Shown: piece after piece, positions 39,396 through 53,017 of the stretch
How positions within the stretch are numbered: position 1 is the first letter of the stretch
Layout: every line of letters begins with the position of its first letter
NCBI RefSeq assembly: GCF_036321535.1
Contig: NC_087437.1
Span: 94,800,001 to 94,864,000, forward strand
DNA length: 64,000 nucleotides
Direction: 5' to 3'
DNA from: Camelus dromedarius
Lineage: Eukaryota
Position numbers and translations under genes: made by a program
The notes under the pieces: generated by a model
The model's input: only the letters and a program-made list of their open reading frames with translations
The model's database searches: none
Told to the model about the DNA's origin: nothing

Positions 39396-41164
39396 CAAAC
39401 AGTTGTCCTCTTTGCCTTAGAAGAGATTAGGGAGCCAGGTTAGAGAGACCTCATGAAAACAAGACTCTAGAAATCCTACTTTGGCAGTCATATGAAAGGT
39501 ATTAAATTTCTGGAAATTTTGACTATATGGATTTTTCATTTAAAAATCTGGAACATTGGAGGCAGGGTAGAGTACAGGTCATGTTGAGACAGGGTGGAGT
39601 ATGGTCATGTCTTCCATACCCTCTATGTGATACGTCTACAATCTCAGTTTTAGCTAATGAATAAAATTCATTATACATAACTTGCTTAGTGCAGAAATTG
39701 CTTGTTATATTCCACTTTAAAATTAGATAACACTCAAAGATAACTGAAAAATTACTAATTAAATTTATTTTTACATGGCTTTATAGTCTGTTTCTTTGCT
39801 TGATATGACTGTTTTCAGGCATAAACCAAATTTTATTTCTTACAATAACAGGGAAGCCTGAACAAGGTTAAAAAAAAAGAAAAAAGGCAAGAAGAATCAG
39901 AGAGTGTATTGTGCTCATGCCAAAAGGCATGATTTGTGCAGGTCATGCTTGGCAGAAGGCCACGCCACTTTCTTGGTAAAAATTCTTGATAATGTTCTCT
40001 GTTTTACAACATGTGGTGGTGTCTTGACAATATCAGCTCCTCAGTGGGCTGCTTTTGTCATATGAAGTCAAGTACATTTGATCATGGTGCTACCATTACT
40101 GGAATTTGGATCCAAACACTTTGGTTGATTAAATTTTTCAGTAGGATTTTTTTTTTCACTTTTATTTCTTTTGTGCTTAAAAGCAGCAACAGACTGCTCA
40201 AGAACAGTTGCTTTTCCGCGTCATTTGGCAAAGAGTATTTGACAAAACTGAAGTGTGTGATTCAGATAGAATGAACACTGGAGAAATTTACTCCAGAATT
40301 TTCCACAGTTTCTGCAAGTTGAAACAATAGGTCTTTCTCATCAAGCAGGACACTCTTTCTGCCCCTGCATATTTTGATTCTCAATGATTTCTGTTTCCTT
40401 GAGGATGTCTCTGAATGTTTAGCACATTTTCAAGAACCTTATTACCAATAAAAAACACTTATTTTGACAAAAATCCTAATATTTCCTTTGTCCTACTTGC
40501 TTGCTTCTCTTCTTTATTCTTCCTGTTGAGAGCAATTATAGTATAGCAATCTGGGTTGTATTGTAACCACTTTTTCTTGTCTACCATTCCTTGAGAGCGC
40601 TCAAACTCACATTTTTAAGAATCAAGATTAAGTCACGGAATCTCATTCCTACTGTAGTAAAATTTTAATACCTACTCAGTATTCTTTCTCCAGTTGTTTT
40701 CATTTAACTTGCAATGCCAGCCAGCAAATTGAATCAGTGCTGTTAACTATCTTTATAGTTCAATAATTTTAATTTCAAACATTTTTAATACATACATTGT
40801 TCTATTCTCTCCTTGTTACCATTAAATAAAAACAGTTAAAAGATTGCATGCCACAGAGCCCGTGCTTTCTTTTTCTTTTAGATATGCCCCTGCAAATACC
40901 ATAAATCTGGTGATTCATTGTTCAGAGCACACAATACACATTCAAATCTGATTCTAAAGAGTAATTTTGTTAAAGAATATCTAATAGGCCAATGATAAAA
41001 TTGCATACTCATTGAAACATTCCCAGTCCCATTGGATTTTAACTTGTTGGCAGTCCCCCCTCCAAAAAAGGTTGTTCTTGGAAGATCTTAATTTGCATAT
41101 GTCAGTTGAAGCCACTGGGAGTTGGGGGTATATTCAGAAGGAAAATGAAAACCAAAAAGGGACC

Positions 41165-41700
41165 CCTGTCCATTTGGGATTTAGGATTTAGCAACAGGAA
41201 GCTATTAGTGACTGGCAAACATTGTGTCCTGAAAATGTTAGGACTGAAGCTGGAATGCAATGATTCGTAAGGGAGATAAAGAAGTGGAGGGGGTCAGTAG
41301 AAAGGACATGCAGAGGTAATTCATGTGTTTTATTTTAATTTGTTTCTTTATTTTTTAAGGATAAAAATGCCTTGGGTGTGTTCTTATGCTACTAGAAAGG
41401 GCCTAGTATTGAAGGAGAGGGTGTATAGTCAAATGACCAAAGAGACTGAGAAGTAGCAGTCTAGAGCACAGCCTTACAAAGGAAAAAAAGAAAAAGGGTA
41501 AGTTAAGTCAGGCCATACCTGTAGGTTTGAAGTCAGGAATCGGTGGGGTACCATCTGTTTTCTCTGTGAATCAGAGGCTGTGTCCCCAGCTGTAGGATAA
41601 ACAGAAGTAGTGGCAGTGGTGTATTAGAGGTTAGAGGTCAATAGGCAATACTGGAAATAGCCATTATGAATAAAATTGAATGAGCTGCTCTGGGTCATTA
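41165..41700 (-). mobile_element. L2 fragment
   Basis: ccatttgggatttaggatttagcaacaggaagctattagtgac...gaagctggaatgcaatg is typical of reverse L2; the rest is highly decayed. Confidence 0.5.
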
Positions 41701-42471
41701 TGGGCAATAATCTAAAGAAATAATTATCTAGTTTCAAAAGATAAATAATTTCAATAAAAAAGAGATAATTTCCCACCCCCATATATCTGTAAGAAAGGAT
41801 ATATTGGAAAGAAAAGCTAAAAACTATCAGTAGTCCAGGCTTGAATGGTTAAGCTTTTGGACTAGGGTAGTGGTGGCAAGAATAGATCATTAGGGCCAAT
41901 TTTTCACAATGTTGGAAATTACAAAGATTTAATGCTCTAGGAGACTTTTCAGGCAACTGAAGACAAGGAAATGTAATCACAGTACACCAGTAGATTCTGC
42001 TCTAAGCAATATTTACAATAATAATCATATAAGCTCTATTTAATGGTTTTTTAACTTTAGAGACAACCTATGGGTAAAGCATAGAAAATAACTATGGTAA
42101 AAGTAAAAATATAGCTGCCTGACGTACTCCACCCCATTCATTTCTCTTTCTGCCTTTTATATTGGAAAAGCATCCTTTTTTTTTCTCTTCATAAAGCTGT
42201 GCTCTGGACCTTTGTGTCTTAACCTCTTTCACTACAACAATCTACCAGAGATAAGATATAAGACCAGAAATAGAAGGACAGGGAAATTTTCAAACACTCT
42301 AAAAATATATAAAACTGAAAACCATAATTTGAATGTTATAATATGGTATATGCCATAAGAATTCAGCAAAAGAAAAACAGAGCTTTAAATCCCTGGAAAA
42401 GCTTGATAACAGTGTTGGGCTTTACCAGGTTACTAAAGTGGACGAATTTGGATAGACCAAAAGTGACGTGC

Positions 42472-42830
42472 ATGGAATTGGAAAAAATGACACAAATGCA
42501 ATTATTTATAAAACAGAAATAGACTCACAGACATAAAAAATAAGCGTGATTGTCAGGGGGCAGGGAGGGAAGAGGGTAGGAAGGGATAAATTGGGAAATC
42601 AAGATTTGCAGATACTCAGTACTATATATAAAATAGAAAAACAACAAGTTTCTACTGTATAGCACAGAGAACATATTCAATATCTTGTAGTAATCTATGA
42701 TGAAAAGGAATATGAAAACAAATATAGGTATGTATATGTATGACTGAAACATCATGCTGTACACCAGAAATTGACACAACATTGTAAACCGACTATACTT
42801 CAACTAAAACAAAGAAAGAAAAGAAAAAAA
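42472..42830 (+). mobile_element. L1 3' end with A-rich tail (young, camelid/artiodactyl-type)
   Basis: gacacaaatg...aaaacagaaatagactcacagacata...gggataaattggga...ctgtatagcacagagaac...tgctgtacaccagaaattgacacaacattgtaaaccgactatacttcaa, followed by an A-rich tail. Confidence 0.93.
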
Positions 42831-44939
42831 GAGGGACATGCAGATCCTTGAGCAGACTGAAGGTGCAGGGGATCTGAGGGACGTGGGAGGAGACTTGTTA
42901 TTTCATTCAATTTGAGGGTTTTCTCTGTGAAAGACGAGAAATGATGCTGGATATTCTAATTAAGGTTAGTTGTCAGAAGGCTACAAATGGCTGATTGGAA
43001 AACCTTATTGTTGATGAATTTTAATATTAGAGAAAATGAAAGAAACAGTCCCTGCTGGCAAAAATATACTTTTGAAATTTTTTTTAAAAATAGTAAAATA
43101 AAAAAATAAAACAACTCTCAATCATTTTTCAGAAAGACTATTCATAAGGAAAATTATGACTTGAGAATCAAGGACATCAGATATTTTGAATGAATATAAT
43201 CTAAGACCTATACAGGAATAAAAGAGACTGAAATTTACTTTTATATTTCTCTTATTTCTATCATTTTGGAAGATGTTATTCAAAGATGAGCACTAAGCTA
43301 TTTAGCTTATTACAAATATAGCATCCTAATTTTTGAAGGCTCTTGTGAAACCCAAGTAACATTTATTTAGCAACAATTTTAGCTTTTCTTGGTGCTTGTA
43401 ATATGACTAAGTTTTCTCTTTGTTAATCCAACTGACTCAGGATTTTTAGCCGAAGAATTTGGTCACTGAGGCAAAAAAAAAAAAAAAAAAAAAAACTTGG
43501 AGTTGTCTACCAAAGATTATTAAAATAAAATAATACATCACATACTTAATTCCCTATAATGCAATAAATCAAGACCTGTTTTCAAGAAGAATGTTAAGTA
43601 TGTTTCACTTTTACACAGGGGAATTTATATTTTATTGTAGTAAATCATAAACATTTTTCTGGTGGCTATTTGGGTATCTTCATTTTAAGCAACATTATTG
43701 AAAAATATATATAATGTAATATGAATTAGACTATCCTTATTGATATTAAAATACTTTGGAAACTGAAGGATTACATCGGCTTTAGGGTTTGTTGTGAAGA
43801 ATCTCTAAATGATATTTTTACTAACTGATTTTTTTCCTGAAAGTGAAATTAATTGGTATCATTGATAATTAGTCTAAACCCTGTTACAAGTGACAGTGCC
43901 TTACAAGTTTTATCGTTTGCTGTTCACCAGAATTCATTTTTGAAAGATTTGTAGTCTAAGTAATTTGAGGTTAAAGAATCTCTCCATATTTAGCCAGAGC
44001 TATGTGCATTAGTAAACCATACAAATTTCATGACCATATAATATGAGCCATCTGTAGACATGAACCTCAGCCCTCTCCTAATTTGGGGAAATATTTGTAG
44101 CCATTCATGCCAATGGAAGCATTGAACTTTCCACATAAATAGGTTTTTAAAAAAGAAAGAAATCACCCTGACAACCAGAAATAATACTGATCTCTTGCAT
44201 TAAATTTTAAGTATATCAAAGTCAGATCTCATCTTCTGATTGTTCCAAATATACCCTCCAATGGCTTCTCATCTTGTTGATTGTCCTTATCACAAGGTGC
44301 AGGATAGTTTGCATTTACATTAATTACAAAACTGTCAAAGGGTATTGATGTTTCACATGGTTTTGAATGGCCCTTAATCTTTTTCTGCATTTGGAGAACC
44401 TTGATTGACCCTTCACAAGAGAGAAATAACTATAATTATATGCAACTATTGTCTGTGTTTGCAGCCGAGTTGAGCTATTTCTCTCTCTTTTCTATACTAC
44501 CATCAATATCTTCTCTTTGTTTTCTTCTTATTTTTCTATTTATTTTCTTTTCCTCTTTTTTTCTTCCTCCTCCTTTTCCTGCCCCCACCCTGTGCATACA
44601 AACTCATTTGCACATATAAGCACATAAGGATGTATGAAATTTCTATGAGTTAACAGCACTGATTTTTTTCTATCATTTCAGTAGAAATGCTTTTAATACA
44701 AAATTCTACAGAAACATATTTCAATTTTGTTTTAATCAGTAAACCAGTCTCACACCATCAATCATGGTTTTTGTCCACATAACAATGTAAAGCATCTTCA
44801 GTAGAAACTTTTTCTGAAACTAATCTGCAGTGTCAAATTAAAAGTATCCTATACAGATGGACTTAACCTATCAAGAAAGAAGTTTGATATGCATTATTAT
44901 TATTTCTTTTAAGATATGAAAGTAATTAATAACATCACT

Positions 44940-45115
44940 AACAACTATTGTTTAGTGTATGTGTATGTTTATTCTATATCAAGATCTATTCTAAACACAC
45001 TACATCATCATTGTATTTAATCTGCAAAACAACCCCATGAACAAAGGTTCATTTTATAGTTCAGGAAACTAAAGCACAGTAAAGTCATACAACTAAAAAG
45101 TAGTAGAACCAGGGG
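44940..45115 (-). mobile_element. MIR SINE
   Basis: atttaatctgcaaaacaaccccatga...cattttatagttcaggaaactaaagcacag...aagtcatacaacta. Confidence 0.7.
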
Positions 45116-45189
45116 CTTTTTGTTTGTTTTGTTTTGTTTTGTTTTTCTTTTGGTTTTGGTTTTTCCCTGATACACAGGTAGTATAATCA

Positions 45190-45610
45190 CCTATGGTACT
45201 GAAGAATTCTTAAATGTTTTTAAAGTATAGAATAGTTTAAAATAGCACAAAGTATAAGTACATTACAAAGACCAGCCATAACCTTATTTATCTATTAACA
45301 TTTTACCTAATTTTCCTTTTTCTTACAATGACTTGATTTGTATTTCCAAAAATAGGAATAGTCTCTTGTACAACCGCAGGAGAGTTCTCAACTTTGGTAA
45401 AATTAACATGAATACCACCACTTGCACATTCATATTTCAATTTTTGCTACTGATCCAATAATGACCTCTATAGTATTGTTTACCAACAGTACAGGATCCA
45501 GTCTAAGATCTGGTATTCCATTTGGTTTTCCTGTTTCTTTATTCTTTTTGAATGTATTTTTCTTATGACACTGACAGTTTGAAGAGTATATTGAGAGAGG
45601 TCTTTTGTAC
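45190..45610 (-). mobile_element. Old L1 3' fragment (L1MC-like)
   Basis: tctcttgtacaaccgcag...aaattaacatgaatac...ccaataatgacctctatag...caggatccagtctaagatc...catttggttttcctgtttcttta...tgacactgacagtttgaagagta. Confidence 0.7.
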
Positions 45611-45689
45611 AAACAAGTGATTAACTGAGAGACTGGTGGTGATTGAGCACACAGAATTCACCCTGCAAGATCAAATAGTTAATCAAGAT

Positions 45690-48420
45690 AATGGTATCTT
45701 AGACTAAACTGCTGGTAGTGGAGATAGAGAGAAGTGGATGAATCTGAGTGTAATTTGGAAAATTAAATTGACAAGATTCTGTGATGAATTAAACTTGGGA
45801 GGTGACCTGGAGGTCAGGGTCAGGATGACTCCTAAGGTCTAGGTCTGCATATCTGATTCAATGCTGTCATTCATTGAGCCAGCCAAAGAAGGTAGAGGAC
45901 TGGGTTATGGGAGAGAAGGTCAAAAGCTCAGTTGGGACAAGTCTCTTTTCAGATGTTTGGATAGTGATACTGCATTATATAGATTATATACAGACCTGAA
46001 GCTCAGGGAGGAGGGCTGAGGTGAAAAAACAATTCTGGGAGTCCCCTGCATATAGGTGGTAGTAGAAAAGTTGAACATGAAAAAAAATGCCTAGGAAGAC
46101 TCTAGAGAGAGTGAAGGAAGGAGAGCCCATGACATAGCCTTGAGTAACTCCCACATTAAGGGGTCTGGTGGAGGAAGGTTAGACTGCCAAGGAGCTTGGA
46201 GGGAAACAGCAGCCAGAGGGGTAGCAGTAAAACCAGAGAACAGCACATGGACTAGAAAAGAGTGCTTGAAGGCCTTAAGAAATATTCACCTTTGTCAAAG
46301 TTGCCAAGAGGGTAAAGGAATTAAGTGTTGAAAAATGAACATTGATGCTGGAATCACTGTGACTATGGTGACTTTCTCTAGAACTTTTACTGTGGAGTGA
46401 TGAGTGCAGAAGCCAATCTGGACTGAGTGTTCACGGGAAGAGAATAGTGAAGAAAATGAATGAACAGACAAGTGCTTTAAATAGTGATGTTACCCTGTCC
46501 AAGCTGTACTGCTTGCCACACCAGTAAATCGAGAGATGAGTCGTTGGGGCAAGAATAGCAAAGTTATTTGGAAAGCCAGCAGACCAAGACGGCAGACTAC
46601 CATCCTAAAGAAGTATCTTAACTCGGGAGAAAATTCAGGCTTCTTTTATGTTAAGGGAAAGAAGAAATGGGAGGATTCAGGATTAAGGGAGTGAAGACTG
46701 CTCGCAGCCCCTTGACCTCCAGGGGAGACATAACATTTCTCTGTTCTTCTGCTTTCTGGATCACAAGGCTCCTGCAGAAACTTCCAATTGTTAGCAGTTA
46801 TTTTTCTTCTACCATTCGTATCTCTGCTTATTAGCAAAGTTTCTGGGCTGAAAGCAAACTTATCTCCAACAGGTCACAGCCATAACTAGCTCGGGACCGT
46901 GGGATGGGAACTTTCTTCAGGGAACTTAATGAGCACAAGCAACATTTCTCTAATATTTAACTCTTTATGTGCAGGGCTACTAGAGTAATAGACACATAAG
47001 ATAAGGAATGAGGGAGGCAGTTCAACATGGTGTCAGTTCTGCTCTTCCTCCGTTGCAGTTACTGTGAAGTAACAAGATGGGTGGTGGCTGGAGGGGTTTG
47101 TAACGCTGATTGAGGTTCGAGGTATGCTTTTGAGAAAAATAGCTATTGGAGCAAGTGTAGCTGTCACTGGAAATAATCATGTTGAGAAGGTACGTTTGAA
47201 TGTATAGAAGCATGAAAATTTAATTGAAAGTATAAATTCTTTGAGAATTTGGAGAAGGACCATTATTTAGAGCAGAGGATGTGGGATTGGCCTTAGGTGT
47301 AAAATCAGCCCCTTTGCTACAACAGGAGGGAGGAAGACAAGGAGAGGCACAAAGGTAGGAGGAGTTTTTTTGGAAGAAGAAAGTCAAAAGAGTTATGAGG
47401 TTGGAAATGGGATCATCAATACAGAGTGAGGACCCAAATCAAAGGAGAAGTTTTCAGGAGCTCAAAGAACATTATTCCAAAAAATGGGAGAGGGTTTCTC
47501 TGTTCAATGGCCAGTGTTTGGGGCCTCCTGAGGCTGGGTAGCATACATTTATTTTGAATGTCTGCCCTATAGTGGATCATTTCTCAGTGTGCATGGTTGT
47601 TCTGAGCAGCCTGGAGAAAGTAGGTAGTTTATGCAAAATTAAATTTTTCAAGGCAAGTTTAATAAAGAGACCAACTAACTTGGATGTTCTAATACATCTA
47701 TTGAAATACAGGGTCAGGAAGTCTATGCTACATATTAAGAGAAGTGAATAAAGGGTAGGAATGGTGGTCAGAATGAGATAAAACAGGCTGTGTTCTTTCT
47801 GTCGGTTTTGATATGGTTAAAATATCAGTTGTCTTAACAAGTAAACTCTAAGAGGAGATTGGCCTTGAATTTGTGATTTTAGGTGTGCAGCAATCTCAGG
47901 TGATGCTCAGTACCTTTACATGACAGTGAGAGAGTGTGGCAAAGGGATGGGACAGGAGAAATTCTTCCTTAATGGTGAGATCAAGGACCTGAGAGATCAG
48001 GGTACATGGATGATGGAAACAACCTGAATGGTGAGGGTGACTGGTGATTCAAGGAAGTCTAGAGGCCACTGCCAGAGATTTTTCATTGTATAAAGGGCAA
48101 CAACAGAGAGACTAGAGATGTCAGCCAATAAGAGGAAAAGAGTATGATGTATTAGAAGCGTGAGGAAAGTTTTTGTTTTGTTTTGTTTTGCTTTTAACAA
48201 GAGGGCAGGGAAGTATTGGGGGCAGGGAAACTGTAAAGGAGAATGTGGAAGAACCAGCCCATGACATATCTAATGTATTAGGGGAAAAAAATAGAAAGCA
48301 CTTAAGAATTCTGCTGGCTTAGTGGTCTCTCCAGAGGTGAGCCAAGTTTCAGTGAAGGCAAGGAGGCGGAGAGGAAAGAAGTTGACAGTAAATTGGAATT
48401 TGCTAAGTGATGAATATTGG
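45690..48420 (-). mobile_element. Long L2 LINE fragment, interrupted by a solo LTR at 46488-47057
   Basis: ggtagtggagatagagagaagtggatgaatctgag...tcaggatgactcctaagg...tgaagctcagggaggagggc...ggagtcccctgcatataggtggta...gtcaaagttgc; purine-rich L2-like sequence continues beyond the LTR. The right boundary is uncertain. Confidence 0.7.
46488..47057 (-). mobile_element. ERV1-type solo LTR (~570 bp)
   Basis: Termini TGTTAC...GTTGCA, 4-bp flanks GTGA/GTTA (near-TSD), and ERV1-LTR-like motifs (gagagatgagtcgttggggcaagaatagc..ttatttggaaagccagcagacc; aacatgg near the U3 start). It cleanly interrupts an L2. Confidence 0.82.
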
Positions 48421-48592
48421 TTCTAAGTATGCAACAAAGCAGCGCGAAAGTGGGCAGAATAGTCATAGGACTGGCGTGAGGGAGAGCTTCCAGACAATAA
48501 AGAATCACAACTGCCTTATAACAAAACTCTCTTATGTTCTGTGTGTCCATGTGTGTATGGTCATATGTGCACGGTTGGGGAAATCTTGTTTC

Positions 48593-48667
48593 CAGTTTTA
48601 TTGAGATATAATGCACATACAGCACTGGACAAGTTTAAGGTGTACAGCATCATGATTTGATTTACAA
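48593..48667 (-). mobile_element. Short L1 3' end
   Basis: ccagttttattgagatataat...aagtttaaggtgtacagcatcatgatttga. Confidence 0.8.
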
Positions 48668-48756
48668 GGATTCTTTCATTTCCCTCCTTCCAAATTACTA
48701 AACTTTGTTTTTATCTCCACATTCAAATGTACCTCGAAAAATGCCATAAAGGATAA

Positions 48757-49125
48757 GTTTGCACATGCTGTTCTTTCTTCCTGTCTGGAATGTTCTTTCC
48801 TAAGGTATATGCATGGCTCACTTCCTCACCACCTTTAGATCTTTGCTCAAATGATCCCCTTGCAGTGGAACTTTTGCAGAAAGCTCTTCTTCCCATCCAA
48901 GCCCCTAATATCCTCCTTCCTAGCTTCATTTTCTCCTTAGCACTTTCTGTCCTCTGCCATGCCGTGTGATTTACTCGCCTATTTTTGCCTCTCTTCTCAC
49001 ACTAAGAGGCAAGTTCCTGCAGAGCAGGTTTTCATCCATCTTTTTCATTCACTGCTCTATCACCAGTGGCTAGAACCATACCTGGAACCTAGTGAGGCTC
49101 AAGAAATAATTGTAGAATGAATAAG
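48757..49125 (+). mobile_element. L2a-like 3' end
   Basis: tttgcacatgctgttc...ctggaatgttctt...catggctcacttcctcacc...ttgctcaaatg...ttcactgctctatcaccagtggctagaacc...gctcaagaaataattgtagaatgaat. Confidence 0.85.
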
Positions 49126-51619
49126 TTAGTACACACATGAATTAATCATAGGCATAGAAATGCAATGGGGTTTGAGGACAATTCCAATAGAGAAGTTACA
49201 CAAATATTTGGATCAATGAATACATTGTTGGAATAAATGTGGGGCCCTCCAGGGTTATAGGGTACAGCACACATGTGGATGAATAAATTGTGCTATGAGC
49301 TTTTTAAAGTGGGCTTTTAATTTCAAAGTCACCTCCGGATTACAGGATGATTTTAATGTCATTTGAGAACTTAATTCCCTATCAAATAGCCCACTGAATA
49401 GTCGCCTTTTGGTTTAATTTTCAAAACCAAATAAAGCACGGTGCTGTTACCCTGCATGAGGCTGCCTTCACAGCTGAGCGCCTCCAGGCATGTCAAGGCC
49501 TGAACTTAAATTAACTGCCAGGTTCTGAAACTGCAGAAATCAAGTTACACGAACTTCGAAAGCATGAGAATGGCTGAAGAAAGCAGGACTCTGTTTCACT
49601 CTTACAAACTTCTCAGCACTGCTCTCAGAAAGGGAAGATTCCAGCTGACTGAATGTAAGACACATTTTGGTGTTTTTAAAACTTTTTTTTTTTGGTTGAA
49701 AAACTGTCATGACTTTTTTTCTGTGTCGACTGAGTGAGAATTTCAAAACTGATGATCACAGTGACTAATCTGGATTTTTTATATTGATTTTTCATCTGGA
49801 TTGTGTTTTTAGCTTTCTTTTGTTTTGCTTGTTTTCTTTTTAAAATGACTTTAGTCAAACTCTCCTTTTATACATACTAATATACACATAAGACACATTT
49901 GCACACATTTGTTCTAGAATAAAATGGGGTCATTTTTGGAACACTTTAAACATCTCTCTCCTATGTAGTAAATGTATTAACTTTATTTCAGGTTGTGCGT
50001 TTTGGTGCATGTGTGTGCACATATACATGTGTGAAGGTGTATATATTTTTTTCTTGAGTTTTCTCAGAAATGATTTTTCTATCGTGAAAACATTGGCCAT
50101 ATGAACAGACTTACAGTCTTTAAAACATTCCTTTAACTAGACAAGCTCTGTATTTTCCATCTCTTAGAGTCTTCTGTGTAAGACTGACATTAAATGGGGG
50201 AAGAGTGTAGTGATGTCAAAACAGAGTAATGCTTGACTACCCATCTTGTGCCCTCGGCACAGACCTGCAGGAAGACCCATCACTAATTTCAAATTTCCTT
50301 TTGAACTGGATGGCAGTGGATTGTTAACACGTTGTGTAATGACCTACGAATCAATAGGATGTCTGTCCAGCCCTGAGAAGATAAATATGGATGGGTCCCG
50401 TGCCATCAGTCATTTGGCCTGCTGATGTTAATGCATACTCGGCTCATTGAAGTCATTCAGGAGAGGGAACTGGTCCCAGAATAGTCCTATTGCTGCCTTT
50501 GGGTCTCAAGTATCAGGAGATAGATCAGATTCTTTATATTTGCATATGGGGAGATGTATACAGCTGGACAATTGCCTTCTGGCTGTTACTAGAATCAGGT
50601 AGATATTGCTGTTCATCAACAGTGACTACAGGGTTAAAGGAAACGTTTTTGGTTTTGGTTTTGTTTTTAAAAAAAGAGGAGGAAAACCTAGATTTTTAAG
50701 ATACAATTCAGATGTTTCAGAAATACATTTTTTCCATGTTTCTGGTAAATGTTCTCAGCGTCTCTGGTATTCACTGTTCCTTTTGTGTCCCCTGCTTCCT
50801 GGTTTCTAAGTGTGAGCGATCCAAGAGAATTGGATTGAAAATTTAAAGAAACTTGGCTTTTGAACAAAATCAAGCAGGAAGGTCAGAAGGCAGGTTTGAA
50901 ACAGACAGTTTTGCTTCCAAATTTCTTTGTCCCTCTTCCTTTCAGTACCCACAGGAGAACTTAGGCTCAATTTATACCATTTGTATAAAATGTCTCTGAA
51001 TGGTTTGGTCACTAATTCCTATAATGTTCTGTTGATAGATAATAATTGTGACATACTGAGTACCAGAAGGAAAATCTAGCTAACAGCAAGAGCTTCCAAG
51101 GCTTAGAAAACCCTATCTGATCTAAAAACACTTCTCATTTTTTTAACAAAATAAGTGATTTAGCTTAAACATGTTCAATTATTCACCAGACATTTACAAT
51201 ATTTTTGTTATATATATTATAGTAACTCCATTCAAATATGGAATATAATTGTATTCTGTTCAGAATCTTAGAGCTTAATCTTAAATCTTAGAGCTTAAAT
51301 CTTAAATCTTAGAGCTCAACAAATTTTTAGAAAAATCTAGAAATTATGTTGGTTGTAAACAAATGGCAAAAGGGCCTATGGTCTTTTTTTTTTTTTTTCT
51401 TTTTTTAAGGTCTTTTATAATCCACAGATGCAATCAATTTAAGAGATAAAAAGTGATAGAAAATAGAAAATAAAGACCCATAGTAAATTATACTTGACTC
51501 TAAATTTATATGAAAGACATTTTATGTTATATTGGGCTTCCTCAACATTTTATTTTATATGTACCATAATATTCTTTTCCCAAAGGGGGAAAATGCTCTT
51601 GAATTTTCAAACTGGTGAA

Positions 51620-51810
51620 GAATAATATTCACTCTTTATGGAGCGTCTACTCTTTGACCAAAAATGTGTTAGTACCTTCATGAATTAATAGTAATTGCTA
51701 TTCTTATACTAATCATGTGAGGTAACTTCACTTTATCATTTTACACATGAAAAAACTGAGACTTCTGGGAGTTAATAAATTGGCCAAGTTTACATATCTG
51801 ATTACAGAAA
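51620..51810 (-). mobile_element. MIR SINE
   Basis: tttatggagcgtctactc...cattttacacatgaaaaaactgagact...gttaataaattggccaagtttaca. Confidence 0.65.
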
Positions 51811-53017
51811 CTGTCTTATTTGCATTTATGTCACACATATAGTGTTTCTCTGGTTTTGCCTGGGAAAACAGAAGTGAAAAGCAATACCAACAACTGGAAA
51901 ATAAAATGATGATTGTAATGGGAGAAGAGATCAGCAGAGAAGTAGGTATCACAGGAAAGGATGAATATAGTGAAAAAAGAATGTTGGGAGGAAGACAAGT
52001 CACAGTACACTCAGTGTAAACTCCAACTCTCCATTTAAGGACTACCTTTCATACCACTGAGTGCCCCAGAATTTTTGTCAACTTCCATTTTACAAACAAG
52101 ATGTTTTAACATAACAACTGCAATTAATCTGTACAATTCTATGTATTTGAACAGTATTCATGTACGTATCTAAGGACATTTTCTAACCAGTGTCCTAATC
52201 TCAAAGAGATAACATCTTATTTCCATAAAAATCAACAATTAAATTAACATAATTAGAATAATTGTAAGATCAATTAACGTTCACTCAAATTTTTAATGAG
52301 TCCTTATAGTTCTTCACTCCAGCTTGGAAAATGTTACTTCAAAAAAATCATTAAGTGACAAAATTTTATTTTTTCTTCTCTTCACTCAGACTTTTAGGTA
52401 GATGTAAACTTTTGTGTTAGATGTAAAATGGAATGGTGGTAAATTATTACTATTTGGAATTGATAAAGCCGTTTTTGAGTTTAATTATATACCTTTTAAA
52501 AATTAGATGAATTCACTCAGACACTAAGCTTTGAACTAGGATCCATAAAACTATGGGAATTTAAGAAAAATAATTGACTAATTTAGAATAGCTAAGCAAG
52601 CTATGTGAGTATGTTAAACAGATGCATTAAATGTGACAGTATATCCCCTTAGGATGGACTCATTCTGAGTTAAAACTTGAAAATAAAACTGGGTCTGCTT
52701 CTCATCAGTGTCAATATATCATATAATTTTCTATAAATGTGTATTTTCTTCAATTACTGACCCAGGTTCCCTCTTTTTTCCTCATCCCAGGGGTACCTAC
52801 ATTCTGGGAATGATTTAAAATGATGATGTAAATAATGTACTTGAAGCTGTATATTATTTTTTTTTAACTGATTACCTCCTCCTTGTCTGGAGGACATTAC
52901 TATTTGTTCTCCTTGGAAGAGAAAATATGCCTTCCTTTCCACAATTGTGTGTTTTAGTGTGTGTTAGGAATGGGAGAAGCTGGCCAGATTTTCCCATTTC
53001 AGAGCATTAATCTGAAG

